A DNA stretch of 32,000 nt, taken from Aeromonas popoffii. Its GTDB lineage: Bacteria; Pseudomonadota; Gammaproteobacteria; Enterobacterales; Aeromonadaceae. A model generated the notes under the pieces. That model ran no database searches and had not been told where the DNA came from. It worked only from the letters and a program-made list of their open reading frames with translations. The translations under genes were made by a program, and so were the position numbers. Location: the NCBI RefSeq assembly GCF_000820025.1, contig NZ_CDBI01000055.1, forward strand, positions 31,521 to 63,520. Reading direction: 5' to 3'. Positions 9,144 through 17,823 of the stretch are shown one piece after another; position 1 is the stretch's first letter, and the number at the start of each line of letters is the position of its first letter.

Positions 9144-9312
9144 CCGGCATTAATGGAATTGTCTAATGGTAATCCCACCTGAAAATGGGGAGATTACCAT
9201 GTTGCCCTTTCCCGATGTGTATTTGTGAAGAGATGGGGGTCTGCCAATTGGCTGGGTTAACTGTAGAATAGCCAGATAGCGACCTATTTTTCTTTTTTAC
9301 ATGGTGTTATTG

Positions 9313-9852
9313 ATGCAATATCGTTCAACCTCGTTGGAGGGGGTGATGATACTCACGCCCGCTACCTTTTCTGATCATCGTGGCCAATTTCGAGAGTGTT
9401 TTCGTAAAGCCGAGTTTGAGCTGCACTGTGGTCATTATCCACTGGTACAAGACAATCTGAGTCGTTCGGTTGGCGGGACTTTGCGCGGCCTTCATTACCA
9501 GCGTAGCCGACCACAGGGCAAGTTGGTGCAGGTAATAAGCGGGATCATTTTTGATGTAGCGGTCGATATTCGTCCAGGGTCATCCACCTATGGTCAATGG
9601 ATGGGTTGTATTTTAGATGCAGACCGTGGCGAACTTATCTGGATTCCCCCCGGTTTTGCTCACGGTTTTTATGTGATAAGTGACAGTGCGGATGTTTTTT
9701 ATAAGTGCAGCGATTATTATCAGGCGAGTGATGAAGCTTGTATTCGGTGGGATAGCCCCAAGTTGGCGATAAATTGGCCATTATCGGATAAATACCCCCT
9801 GTCTTTGTCTGATAAAGATCGTCAGGCAGCAGAGTTTGTCATCATGGCTTGA
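9313..9852 (+). CDS. rmlC: dTDP-4-dehydrorhamnose 3,5-epimerase
   Basis: The sequence contains FSDHRGQF...RGLHYQ...GKLVQVISGIIFDVAVDIR...PPGFAHGF, which are RmlC cupin signatures. The ATG at 9313 gives a homologue-like N-terminus; an alternative ATG lies at 9301. Confidence 0.88.
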   Translation: MQYRSTSLEGVMILTPATFSDHRGQFRECFRKAEFELHCGHYPLVQDNLSRSVGGTLRGLHYQRSRPQGKLVQVISGIIFDVAVDIRPGSSTYGQWMGCILDADRGELIWIPPGFAHGFYVISDSADVFYKCSDYYQASDEACIRWDSPKLAINWPLSDKYPLSLSDKDRQAAEFVIMA

Positions 9853-9902
9853 GCTTGGATAAAACATCCATTTTTAGAGTGTTAATAGATAAGAGAGAGC
9901 AA

Positions 9903-10961
9903 ATGAAAGAGAGAATGCCAGATGTGCCAGTTCAGTGGGTACAAACCTCGGGCTCTGATGAGATTAATTTGCGTGAGTTGGTCTTGGTATTGTGGCGCCA
10001 GAAGGTATTGGTTTCGCTGGTAGCTGGTGTGTTTGCCCTGGCTGGGATTGCGTATGCGCTGTTGGCACCACAGGTCTGGTCAGCCAATGCAGTCATACAA
10101 ACACCTCAGAAAAATGATCTGCTTCCAATGTTGCGCGTGGCCAGTCAAGCTAAACTACTGGGAATAACGGACTTTCCAGATAGCAAAGTGCTTTATGATG
10201 AGTTTGTGCGCGAGTTCAATACCTATGAGAATCGCCGTGCTTTTTTGAAAGACAGCCCATTTTTTAAAGAGCAAGTAAAAGTAGCCAAGCTGGATGAGCG
10301 AGGGCTGCGCCTGTGGATCCGCGGATGGTCCAAGTATATTTATGCTGATACCGTCGATAAAAAGGGAGAAAAGCCAGGTGTTGTCTTGAAGTTCAGCGCT
10401 GATAGCTCCGATGAGGCATTAGCCATGCTGGAAGGTTACATCCAGTTCATCATTGCAAAGCAACAGCAGCGGTTGGTCAGTGAACTGAAAGAGCAACAGT
10501 CTATACAGCTTGATACTTTGATGTTGAATCTTAAGTTGATCAAAGAGGATGCTGAGCAGGCCCTCAAGCGTGAAATAGAGGGTACAGTGCTGACGATTGC
10601 CGTTGCTAAAGCCGCGGGTGTTGAACGGCCCCTTGAAAATTATAACATTGGTGAGCGTTTTCCAATTACTCTGGGTACCAAGGGACTGGAAGAGCAATTG
10701 AAGGTGCTCAAGGCCATGGATTTGACCTTGTATCAGCCTAAACTTTTGGATCTTCAGGCTCAAATAGACCGTCTCCAGCAGGTGAAACTTGATGGCATCA
10801 GCTTCAGGCCTTTCTCGTATCTCGATGCGCCAGAAGCCCCCCTGAGCCGCGACAAGCCCAAACGTCCTCTCATCGTGGTGTTGGCCACCCTGCTTGGCGG
10901 TATGCTGGGGGTTGGTATTGTGCTGGTACGGCATGCTTTCCGCCGGCCAGAACAGGCATAA
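9903..10961 (+). CDS. wzz: O-antigen chain-length determinant (Wzz/polysaccharide co-polymerase 1 family)
   Basis: The N-terminus has DEINLRELVLVLWRQK followed by a TM helix. A long coiled-coil-like periplasmic region follows. The C-terminus has a proline-rich segment and a second TM helix (PLIVVLATLLGGMLGVGIVLV). A purine-rich RBS (AAGAGAGAG) precedes the ATG at 9903. The ORF-track TTG at 9849 is less likely. Confidence 0.8.
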   Translation: MKERMPDVPVQWVQTSGSDEINLRELVLVLWRQKVLVSLVAGVFALAGIAYALLAPQVWSANAVIQTPQKNDLLPMLRVASQAKLLGITDFPDSKVLYDEFVREFNTYENRRAFLKDSPFFKEQVKVAKLDERGLRLWIRGWSKYIYADTVDKKGEKPGVVLKFSADSSDEALAMLEGYIQFIIAKQQQRLVSELKEQQSIQLDTLMLNLKLIKEDAEQALKREIEGTVLTIAVAKAAGVERPLENYNIGERFPITLGTKGLEEQLKVLKAMDLTLYQPKLLDLQAQIDRLQQVKLDGISFRPFSYLDAPEAPLSRDKPKRPLIVVLATLLGGMLGVGIVLVRHAFRRPEQA

Positions 10962-10980
10962 TGTTGACCAAGTAAATAAC

Positions 10981-11008
10981 AGGGGGCTTTGCCCCCTTTC
11001 TTTTTTTT
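10981..11008 (+). terminator. Rho-independent terminator closing the polysaccharide operon
   Basis: AGGGGGC ttt GCCCCCT is a perfect 7-bp GC stem, followed by TTCTTTTTTTT. Confidence 0.8.
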
Positions 11009-11065
11009 GGGTGTTGGTGACAGTGTTCAAGAGCATGGAAACCTGAAAGCAAGGGGTCAGGGCTG

Positions 11066-12784
11066 ATGAGGATGACAACAAGGATCTTTGGTATGGTCAG
11101 CGTGCTTTATTGGCTGCTGGCCATGCATTTCTTCATGCACAACCCCGGTGGGGCCGGGCTCTATTTGCCATTCAATGCCTGGGGCTGGATCTTCGCGAGC
11201 CTCGCCATTGGCCTGGGGTTGTGGCAGGTGACGCTGCAACAGCGGCTGGTGTTCTCGTCATTGCAGGCCTGGTTATGGCTTGGCGGAGGCTTGCTGTTGC
11301 TGCCGATGGCCTATCCCGGCTTCCAGCTCAAGGACTATGCCATTCCCCGGCTGCTGGGGTTGTTTGCCGGTCTGCTGTTTCTGTTTTGTCTGTACCAGTG
11401 GCAGCTGGTTCGCGCATCCCGCGACCGGCTGCTCTATTTGCTGTTGGGGGCTGTGGCCATCGAGGCGCTGCTGGGCTTGGTGCAGTACTACCTGCTGACC
11501 CCGGGCAACTGGCTCGGTTATAACACCCTTGCCAATCGCCCTTACGGTATTTTTCAGCAGCCCAATGTGATGGCGACCTTTATGGCGACCGGACTTGCTC
11601 TTGCCATCTGGTTGGAGCTACGCGGCAATGCCAATGCCTGGCTACGAGGGCTGCGTTATGGGGTGATCCTGGCGGCCAGCCTGTTGTTGGTGGTATTGCA
11701 ATCCCGGGTGGGGCAACTGGGTGGCTTGCTGGCCCTGATCTTGCTCGCACCGCAGTTGCGTCATCAGCATCAACTGGCCCGTATTCTTGGCCTGGTTGCG
11801 CTCGGCATTGTGCTGGGGCTGGTGTCACAATACGGCATCAGTGGCGTCAAGCGCGGGCTTGAGGTGTATCAATCCGGTGGCATGCGCTCCGTCTACTGGC
11901 CCTATGCTGCCAGGTTGATTGCGCAATCCCCCTTGGCTGGCTGGGGCTACGGCAGCTTTGAGACCACCTTCCTGCATCACTACATGGCCGACAAGGCGCT
12001 GAACCCGGCCATGGTGCAGATTGAATATAACCTCGATCACCCCCACAACGAGTTTCTCTACTGGGCGGTGGAAGGGGGGCTGGCCCCCATGATTGGCATG
12101 GTGCTGATGGTGGGCGCCCTGCTATGGCGGCTGAGTCGGGCCGGTTGGGTCAAGGGGACGGCGCTGTTGGCGCTGGTGATCCCCATACTGCTGCACACCC
12201 AGACCGAGTATCCGCTCTATCATGCCATTGCCCTGTGGTGGGCCCTGCTGCTGTTGATCCATGTGCTGGATGCGGAGGTGGAGGAGGGGCTGCAAGCCTC
12301 GGGCCGTGCCAGCTGGCGCGAGTATGTCTATCGCCCCTGGCTGTTGCTGCGTTTCGTGGCCATCACCATTCCTCTGCTGGTCGTGCCCTTCATGCTCACC
12401 GCCATTCATACTGCCTGGGTGGTGACCAAGTATGAGCGTGGTGGCTACAAGGAGCCGACCCTGTTGCTCGACATCGTCAATCCCATGGCCTGGTTGACCC
12501 GGGTGGAGTTTGACGTGAACTCGGTGCGACTCATGGTGGGCTTGCAGGCCGATAACAAGGGGGAGCTTGAAGCCTATCTCGACTGGGGCCAGGCCTTTGT
12601 GCGTCACACGCCCAGAGCGAATATTTACGCGAACATGGTGATCGCGCTCGGCGCGCTGGGACGCCAAGAGGAGGCGCAGGCACTGCGAGCGCAGGCCCTG
12701 ATGCTCTATCCGGGTGATCCCTTGCTAACCGGCTCGGCCGCCACATCCGTGGCCACGGCGCTGGAGCGCAAGCCCTCCTCCTGA
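11066..12784 (+). CDS. Wzy_C-family polytopic membrane protein (O-antigen ligase / PglL-PilO-like O-oligosaccharyltransferase family) with soluble C-terminal domain
   Basis: The 572-aa protein has about 10 or more hydrophobic segments. It carries the conserved loop GWGYGSFE...LDHPHNEFLYWAVEGG typical of WaaL/PglL-type proteins. A C-terminal region of about 130 aa is non-membrane and ends in a TPR-like stretch (GRQEEAQALRAQALMLYPGDP). G+C is native, unlike the upstream cluster. Confidence 0.65.
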   Translation: MRMTTRIFGMVSVLYWLLAMHFFMHNPGGAGLYLPFNAWGWIFASLAIGLGLWQVTLQQRLVFSSLQAWLWLGGGLLLLPMAYPGFQLKDYAIPRLLGLFAGLLFLFCLYQWQLVRASRDRLLYLLLGAVAIEALLGLVQYYLLTPGNWLGYNTLANRPYGIFQQPNVMATFMATGLALAIWLELRGNANAWLRGLRYGVILAASLLLVVLQSRVGQLGGLLALILLAPQLRHQHQLARILGLVALGIVLGLVSQYGISGVKRGLEVYQSGGMRSVYWPYAARLIAQSPLAGWGYGSFETTFLHHYMADKALNPAMVQIEYNLDHPHNEFLYWAVEGGLAPMIGMVLMVGALLWRLSRAGWVKGTALLALVIPILLHTQTEYPLYHAIALWWALLLLIHVLDAEVEEGLQASGRASWREYVYRPWLLLRFVAITIPLLVVPFMLTAIHTAWVVTKYERGGYKEPTLLLDIVNPMAWLTRVEFDVNSVRLMVGLQADNKGELEAYLDWGQAFVRHTPRANIYANMVIALGALGRQEEAQALRAQALMLYPGDPLLTGSAATSVATALERKPSS

Positions 12785-12937
12785 TGTTGGGGGGCGGTGC
12801 AACGCGGGGCGGCCAGGTTGGGTGATGTTTCATCAACCGCCTCACCGCTTCGCAAAAATGGTTGCCTCTGCTGGACGGCCCGGGCGCCATGGCTAAGATA
12901 GTGGCCTCAACATCTTGTTTTAGAAAGGGAGTATGAA

Positions 12938-13591
12938 ATGGAGTTAGTGCTAGGCCCATTGGAAGCCCGAGTGATCGGTGCTCTGATCGAGAAAGAGATC
13001 TGCACGCCGGATCAATACCCCCTCTCCCTCAATGCCCTGGTCAATGCCTGCAATCAGAAGAGCAACCGCGAGCCGGTCCTGGAGCTCTGTGAGCTGGATA
13101 TCCGCGCCGTGGTGGATGAGCTGATCCGCAAGCGTCTGGTAGTCAACACCGCCGGTTTCAATGCCCGGGTGCCCCGTTACCAGCATCGCTTCTGCAATAC
13201 CGAGTTCGGCACCCTCAAATTCAGCGCACAGGAGCTCGGTATCGTCTGCGAGCTGCTGCTGCGCGGCCCGCAGACACCCGGTGAGTTGCGCTCTCGCACC
13301 AACCGCCTGTGCAGCTTCGATGATGTCACTCAGGTGGATGCGGCGCTGGCTGCCCTGATTGAGCAGGGGCCCTATGTGGTCAAGTTGCCCCGCGAACCGG
13401 GCAAGCGTGAATCTCGCTATGCCCACCTGTTCAGTGGCGAGGTGGATCTGCAGACGCTGGCCGAGGCATCCCCTGTTAGCAGCTATGCCTCCCCGGCGGT
13501 GGACAGATTGAGCGCGCTGGAGGCGGAGGTCGAAACCCTCAAGGCCCAGTTACAGGCGCTGGAAGCCCGTCTGGCGCAGCTGGAAGGCTGA
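12938..13591 (+). CDS. yceH: YceH/UPF0502 (DUF480) family protein
   Basis: The sequence LEARVIGALIEKEICTPDQYPLSLNALVNACNQKSNREPV...PRYQHRF matches the conserved YceH N-terminus. The C-terminus is coiled-coil. An AAGGGAG RBS lies upstream. Confidence 0.85.
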   Translation: MELVLGPLEARVIGALIEKEICTPDQYPLSLNALVNACNQKSNREPVLELCELDIRAVVDELIRKRLVVNTAGFNARVPRYQHRFCNTEFGTLKFSAQELGIVCELLLRGPQTPGELRSRTNRLCSFDDVTQVDAALAALIEQGPYVVKLPREPGKRESRYAHLFSGEVDLQTLAEASPVSSYASPAVDRLSALEAEVETLKAQLQALEARLAQLEG

Positions 13592-13614
13592 TACGTCGGC
13601 ACGTTTCCCCCTAA

Positions 13615-13638
13615 AGAGGCGCTGAGGCGCCTTTTTTA
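13615..13638 (+). terminator. Rho-independent terminator after yceH
   Basis: AGGCGC tgag GCGCCT is followed by TTTTTT. Confidence 0.65.
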
Positions 13639-13804
13639 TTGCCATTTCGCCGAGGTTTCCGCCTCTTGCCATCCCTTGGCGCTCAGCCCTGAGCGCTGCG
13701 TTCTATGAGCCAGTCGGCTTTTTTTGAGTTATTTCACGGTTAAGGGTCGAGCCGCCGCCGCTTTCCCGTTAAAATTCCGCTTTTGCACCTGCCCGTGAGT
13801 CTTG

Positions 13805-16800
13805 ATGTCTGCGTTCACCCTCTCTTCCGATTGTTATGCCCTGCTCAGTGAGCTGCAGTTGCAGCGCACCGCCAGTACCCGCTATTTGCAAGAACAACTG
13901 CAAGCACAGCAGCCGATCGGGCGGGCTTTGACCGACAAGCTGAGCCAGTTGCAGTTGCAGGGGCTGGTGCGGCTGCGCGGGGAGCAGCAGTGGAGTCTGA
14001 CGGCAGAGGGAACCCTGGCGCTGATCCTGGCGGTGCGCTCGGGAGCCTGCCCCATGCCGAACTGGGCACGGGTGCCCTCGGTGACCGGTCAGGAGATGGC
14101 CCAGGCGCTGGTGCGCGAGCTCTGCCTTGGGGAGGCGGGTCAGGTGCCGACCTACTACCTCGCGGCCGATCTGCTGAGCCTGCTCGACGTGCCCGAGGCC
14201 CATCGCCTGCTGCCGGGCTCCAGCCCGCAATGGCAGCAACTGATGCTGATGCACTTCTCCCTGCAAACCTTGCTCGATGCTGAACCGGGCGAGCAGTGGC
14301 CGCTGACATCGGTCGCCTGCGCTTGTGCCCCCGAGCTGACCCGCGTGAGTGAAGGGTTCGCATCCGAGTGGCAATGGCTCTGTGGCGACCTTGCCGGTGA
14401 GGTAACCACTCACTGGCCCGCCTTGCAGCAGTTGGCGGAGCAGGGGGCAGAACAACCCCTTGCCGAGCGGCTGCTCGGTGCTCTGGGGCAGTGGCAGGCG
14501 CAAGGCGATCAGGGCCAATGGCCACTGATGTTCGGCGGCCTGCTCTGGCTCGGCTGGTTGCAACAAGCTGACCCCGTGATTGCCAGCGAGCAGCGCAAAA
14601 AATGGCAGCGCAGCCTGGGTAACCAGTTTCCGCTGCTGGCGGATCTGCTGGGCCAGTGGGCTGGTGATCGCCACGGCCAGGCGGTCGGCCTGTTCGATAC
14701 CCTGCAACTGCCGCTGGAGGAGTTGCACTGGGGTTACCTCTGGCTCGATCTCTGCGCCCTTGCCCGGCACGGTGAGCAGAGCCCCCAGGTTGCCATCCTG
14801 CACAAGTGGGATCTCTCCCACGTGCTGGAGGCCGATCCCCATCACAGGCTGATGGCCTTCTGTCAGGATCTGCTGCGGCTCTTGCTGGGGTTGGGGGCGC
14901 AGCGTGCACCGCTGCAACAGCTGCGTACCGCCAACGGGGAGGAAGAGACAGACGAACAGGACGGGGAGGACAAAACACCCGCCTCTGCCAGCTGGCTCAA
15001 CTGGTTGCAGGGGTTGGGACGCTCCAGCGGCGTGCGCAAGGCGCAGGAGCGGCTGGTGTGGCTGCTGCATGCCGAAGGGCCCGAGCTGGAGTGCAAGATC
15101 CAGAAGCAGAGCACCAAGGGGGAGTGGACCGCCGGCCGTCGGGTCGATCCTGCGCTGCTCTCCACCCAGTATGCCGCTCTGCTCGACGAAGAGGACTGGG
15201 CGCTGGTGCGCACCCTGCCCAGGGTCATGGGCCACTTGCCGCGAGATGCCTGGGTGCCGCTGGCCAATCATCCGCGTCTGTTCAATGCCAAGGGACAAAA
15301 GCTGCAATTGGCCATCAGTGCCCCCCTGCTGCAGATTGTCACCCTTGAGCAGGGCATGGGCGCCGTGCTGAGCCCGGCCGCCGCTGCGCGCGGGGCCCAT
15401 ATACTGCCGCTGGCGCAGGACTTGTGGCAGCTTATCCTCACCCCCCAGGCGCTGCTCGATCGGCTGCCCGCGCTGGAATCCATTCCTCCCTTGTCGAAAG
15501 AGGGCGTAGGTGAGCTGCAACGTACCCTGGATGCCATCCCGGATCTGCCTTGGCACAGCCAGGTGGCTGGCCTGACAGGCAATGCCGAACTGGCTCCCTG
15601 GCCCGGTGTTCCCTCGGTTCAGCTGGATTGGCAGGATGGCCAGCTGGCGGTCAGGCTGGTGACCCGCCAGGGCGAGTTGCCGCCACTGCCCCTTGGCAAG
15701 GGGGAGGCCATAGTACGGCAGGGGATCAAGGATTATCACTACTGGCAGCGGGACCTTGCCGCCGAGAAGGGGCAGGCCCAGCAGCTGCGCCATTCGTTGC
15801 CCATAGGGCTGCCCGGCAGTGAGTGGCTACTTCAGGGGGAGCAGGCGCTGGCACTGGTCAACGCCCTGCCCGAGCTGGTGGATGCCGGTGTGGTCATTCA
15901 CTGGCATCAGGACAGCGCCCGCCTCAAGAGTCTGGATGAAGCGGCCCTGAGCCTGCGCATCGAGCGGCGCCAGGACTGGTTCCAGGTGGAGGGGGCTCTG
16001 GCCCTTGATGAGCACCAGATCCTCGACCTGCGTCTCATCCTGCGCCAGATGACGCCGGGTCAGCGCACCGTCCAGCTCGACGAGAAGACCAGCCTGATGC
16101 TGAGCGACAAGCTGGTGGAGCGGCTCACCATGCTGGGCGCAATGTTGGATGAAGAGCAACGCATCAACAACAAGCTGGCCTATCCGCTCACCCGCTTGCT
16201 CTCCGTCATCACCACTGAGGGGGATGACGCCTGGCACTCCCTGCAACAGGAGTGGTTGCAGGAGGTGGAGTGTCCGGCCGAACTGTTGACCCCGCTGCGG
16301 GATTATCAGAAGGATGGGGTTCGCTGGCTGGCGACCCTGGCGCATCATGGCTTTGGCGCCTGTCTGGCCGATGATATGGGTCTGGGCAAGACCCTGCAGG
16401 CGCTCATCGTGCTGCGCATGCGTCAGCACCTGGGGCCGGCGCTGGTGGTGGTGCCAAAGTCAGTGGTCACCAACTGGCAGGAAGAGGTGGTGCGCTTCGC
16501 CCCCGAACTCGAGGTGGTGGTGTTCGAAAACCCCTCCGAGCGAGAAGGGGTGATCCGCGATGCCAAGGCCGGCCAGATTATCCTGATCAACTACGGCATG
16601 CTCGGCAGCTTGGCGGAGGCGCTCAAGTCCCGCCGCTGGTCGAGCATGGTGCTGGATGAGGCGCAGCAGATCAAGAATGCCGGCACCCAGCGCGCCAAGC
16701 TGCTGTTCCAGCTCGAAGGGGATTTTCGCCTTGCCCTCTCCGGCACGCCCATCGAGAACCACCTTGGGGAGCTGTGGAGCCTGTTTACCTTTATCAACCC

Positions 16801-17647
16801 GGGTCTGCTCGGCAGCCTGGGCGAGTTCAAGCGCCGCTTCGGCAAGGCGGTGAAGGATCCCCAGCACATGGCGCTGCTGCGGGCGGTGATCAGCCCCTTC
16901 ATCCTGCGCCGTCTCAAGCAGCAGGTGCTGACCGAGTTGCCGGACAAGACCGAGATCATTCATCACATCAGCCTCTCTCCCGAGGAACGCCAGCTGTATG
17001 AGGCAACCCGGCGCGAGGTGGTGCAGCAGGTGCAAAGTGCCGATGGCCGCGCTCTTATGCACGTGCTGAGCGGCCTGACCCGGCTGCGCCGGCTCTGCTG
17101 CTCCCCCGAACTGGTGATGCCCGAGTGGTCCCAGACCAGCAGCAAGCTGGACGAGGCGATGGCCTTGCTGGACGAAGCGATCGGCAACGGTCATCGGGTG
17201 CTGGTGTTCAGCCAGTTCGTCGATCTGCTGAGCCTGCTGCGCGGGCGCATTGAACAGAAGAAATGGGATTACTGCTATCTGGATGGCGGCTGCTCCGCCA
17301 AGTCCCGCCAGGAGTCCATCCTGCGCTTCCGGCACGAGCCGGTGCCGCTGTTCCTCATCAGCCTCAAGGCGGGGGGCACCGGCCTCAACCTGACCCAGGC
17401 CGATACCGTGCTGCACCTGGATCCCTGGTGGAACCCGGCGGTAGAAGATCAGGCGAGCGATCGGGCCCACCGCATGGGGCAGACCCAGCCGGTCACTGTC
17501 TATCGGCTGGTGTGCGAGCAGACGGTGGAGGAGAAGATCGTCGCCCTGCACGACGAGAAGCGGGCGCTGGCCGATGGCCTGCTGAGCGGCCAGTCCGAAG
17601 TGCGCGGGCTGGATGTGGAGAGTCTGCGCGCTTTGCTGATGGGCTGA
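13805..17647 (+). CDS. SNF2/Rad54-family helicase-like ATPase with about 850-aa uncharacterised N-terminal region
   Basis: The C-terminal about 430 aa carry all the SNF2 motifs:
- LADDMGLGKTLQ (motif I)
- DEAQQIKN (motif II)
- LSGTPIENHL (motif III)
- LISLKAGGTGLNLTQADTVLHLDPWWNPAVEDQASDRAHRMGQ (motifs V/VI)

The segment just upstream (RRQDWFQVEGALALDEHQILDLRLIL) resembles the bacterial SNF2-associated domain. The ATG at 13805 is preferred over the TTG at 13802. Confidence 0.88.
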   Translation: MSAFTLSSDCYALLSELQLQRTASTRYLQEQLQAQQPIGRALTDKLSQLQLQGLVRLRGEQQWSLTAEGTLALILAVRSGACPMPNWARVPSVTGQEMAQALVRELCLGEAGQVPTYYLAADLLSLLDVPEAHRLLPGSSPQWQQLMLMHFSLQTLLDAEPGEQWPLTSVACACAPELTRVSEGFASEWQWLCGDLAGEVTTHWPALQQLAEQGAEQPLAERLLGALGQWQAQGDQGQWPLMFGGLLWLGWLQQADPVIASEQRKKWQRSLGNQFPLLADLLGQWAGDRHGQAVGLFDTLQLPLEELHWGYLWLDLCALARHGEQSPQVAILHKWDLSHVLEADPHHRLMAFCQDLLRLLLGLGAQRAPLQQLRTANGEEETDEQDGEDKTPASASWLNWLQGLGRSSGVRKAQERLVWLLHAEGPELECKIQKQSTKGEWTAGRRVDPALLSTQYAALLDEEDWALVRTLPRVMGHLPRDAWVPLANHPRLFNAKGQKLQLAISAPLLQIVTLEQGMGAVLSPAAAARGAHILPLAQDLWQLILTPQALLDRLPALESIPPLSKEGVGELQRTLDAIPDLPWHSQVAGLTGNAELAPWPGVPSVQLDWQDGQLAVRLVTRQGELPPLPLGKGEAIVRQGIKDYHYWQRDLAAEKGQAQQLRHSLPIGLPGSEWLLQGEQALALVNALPELVDAGVVIHWHQDSARLKSLDEAALSLRIERRQDWFQVEGALALDEHQILDLRLILRQMTPGQRTVQLDEKTSLMLSDKLVERLTMLGAMLDEEQRINNKLAYPLTRLLSVITTEGDDAWHSLQQEWLQEVECPAELLTPLRDYQKDGVRWLATLAHHGFGACLADDMGLGKTLQALIVLRMRQHLGPALVVVPKSVVTNWQEEVVRFAPELEVVVFENPSEREGVIRDAKAGQIILINYGMLGSLAEALKSRRWSSMVLDEAQQIKNAGTQRAKLLFQLEGDFRLALSGTPIENHLGELWSLFTFINPGLLGSLGEFKRRFGKAVKDPQHMALLRAVISPFILRRLKQQVLTELPDKTEIIHHISLSPEERQLYEATRREVVQQVQSADGRALMHVLSGLTRLRRLCCSPELVMPEWSQTSSKLDEAMALLDEAIGNGHRVLVFSQFVDLLSLLRGRIEQKKWDYCYLDGGCSAKSRQESILRFRHEPVPLFLISLKAGGTGLNLTQADTVLHLDPWWNPAVEDQASDRAHRMGQTQPVTVYRLVCEQTVEEKIVALHDEKRALADGLLSGQSEVRGLDVESLRALLMG

Positions 17648-17670
17648 TCAGGCTGATGTTGTGCACATAG

Positions 17671-17707
17671 AAGGGGGGATCGCCAGCAGGCGATCCCCCC
17701 TTCGTTT
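17671..17707. terminator. Strong GC hairpin between convergent helicase and tus genes (potentially bidirectional terminator)
   Basis: AAGGGGGGATCGCC agca GGCGATCCCCCCTT is a perfect 14-bp stem. The following T-tract (CGTTTAT) is only modest. Confidence 0.6.
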
Positions 17708-17823
17708 ATGGCTGTGCCTGTGCAGGCGTGCCCGTCAAAGAGGCCAGGCCAGCGGCGGCGATGAATTGGCATCTTGCTGCGCCATCTGGAGAGGCTGGGC
17801 AAGGGGAGTCTGCTGACCCACGG

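Noticed and set aside
10419-11081. A 220-aa minus-strand ORF over the 3' half of wzz
   Set aside because: The Wzz reading on the + strand has the expected two-TM and coiled-coil architecture. The antisense ORF also spans the operon terminator, which is implausible for a gene.
13769-15793. A very long (674-aa) ORF antisense to the SNF2 gene, plus several other 80-377-aa ORFs in this span
   Set aside because: It lies entirely inside and opposite to a motif-validated gene. Its translation is low-complexity and rich in G/L/Q/P/R/A, as expected for a stop-poor shadow frame in about 70% G+C DNA. It has no RBS and no recognisable motifs.
16460-17551. A 363-aa ORF antisense to the SNF2 helicase core
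   Set aside because: It is a shadow frame opposite the strongly conserved SNF2 motifs. Its composition is dominated by Q/L/A/G/H/R.
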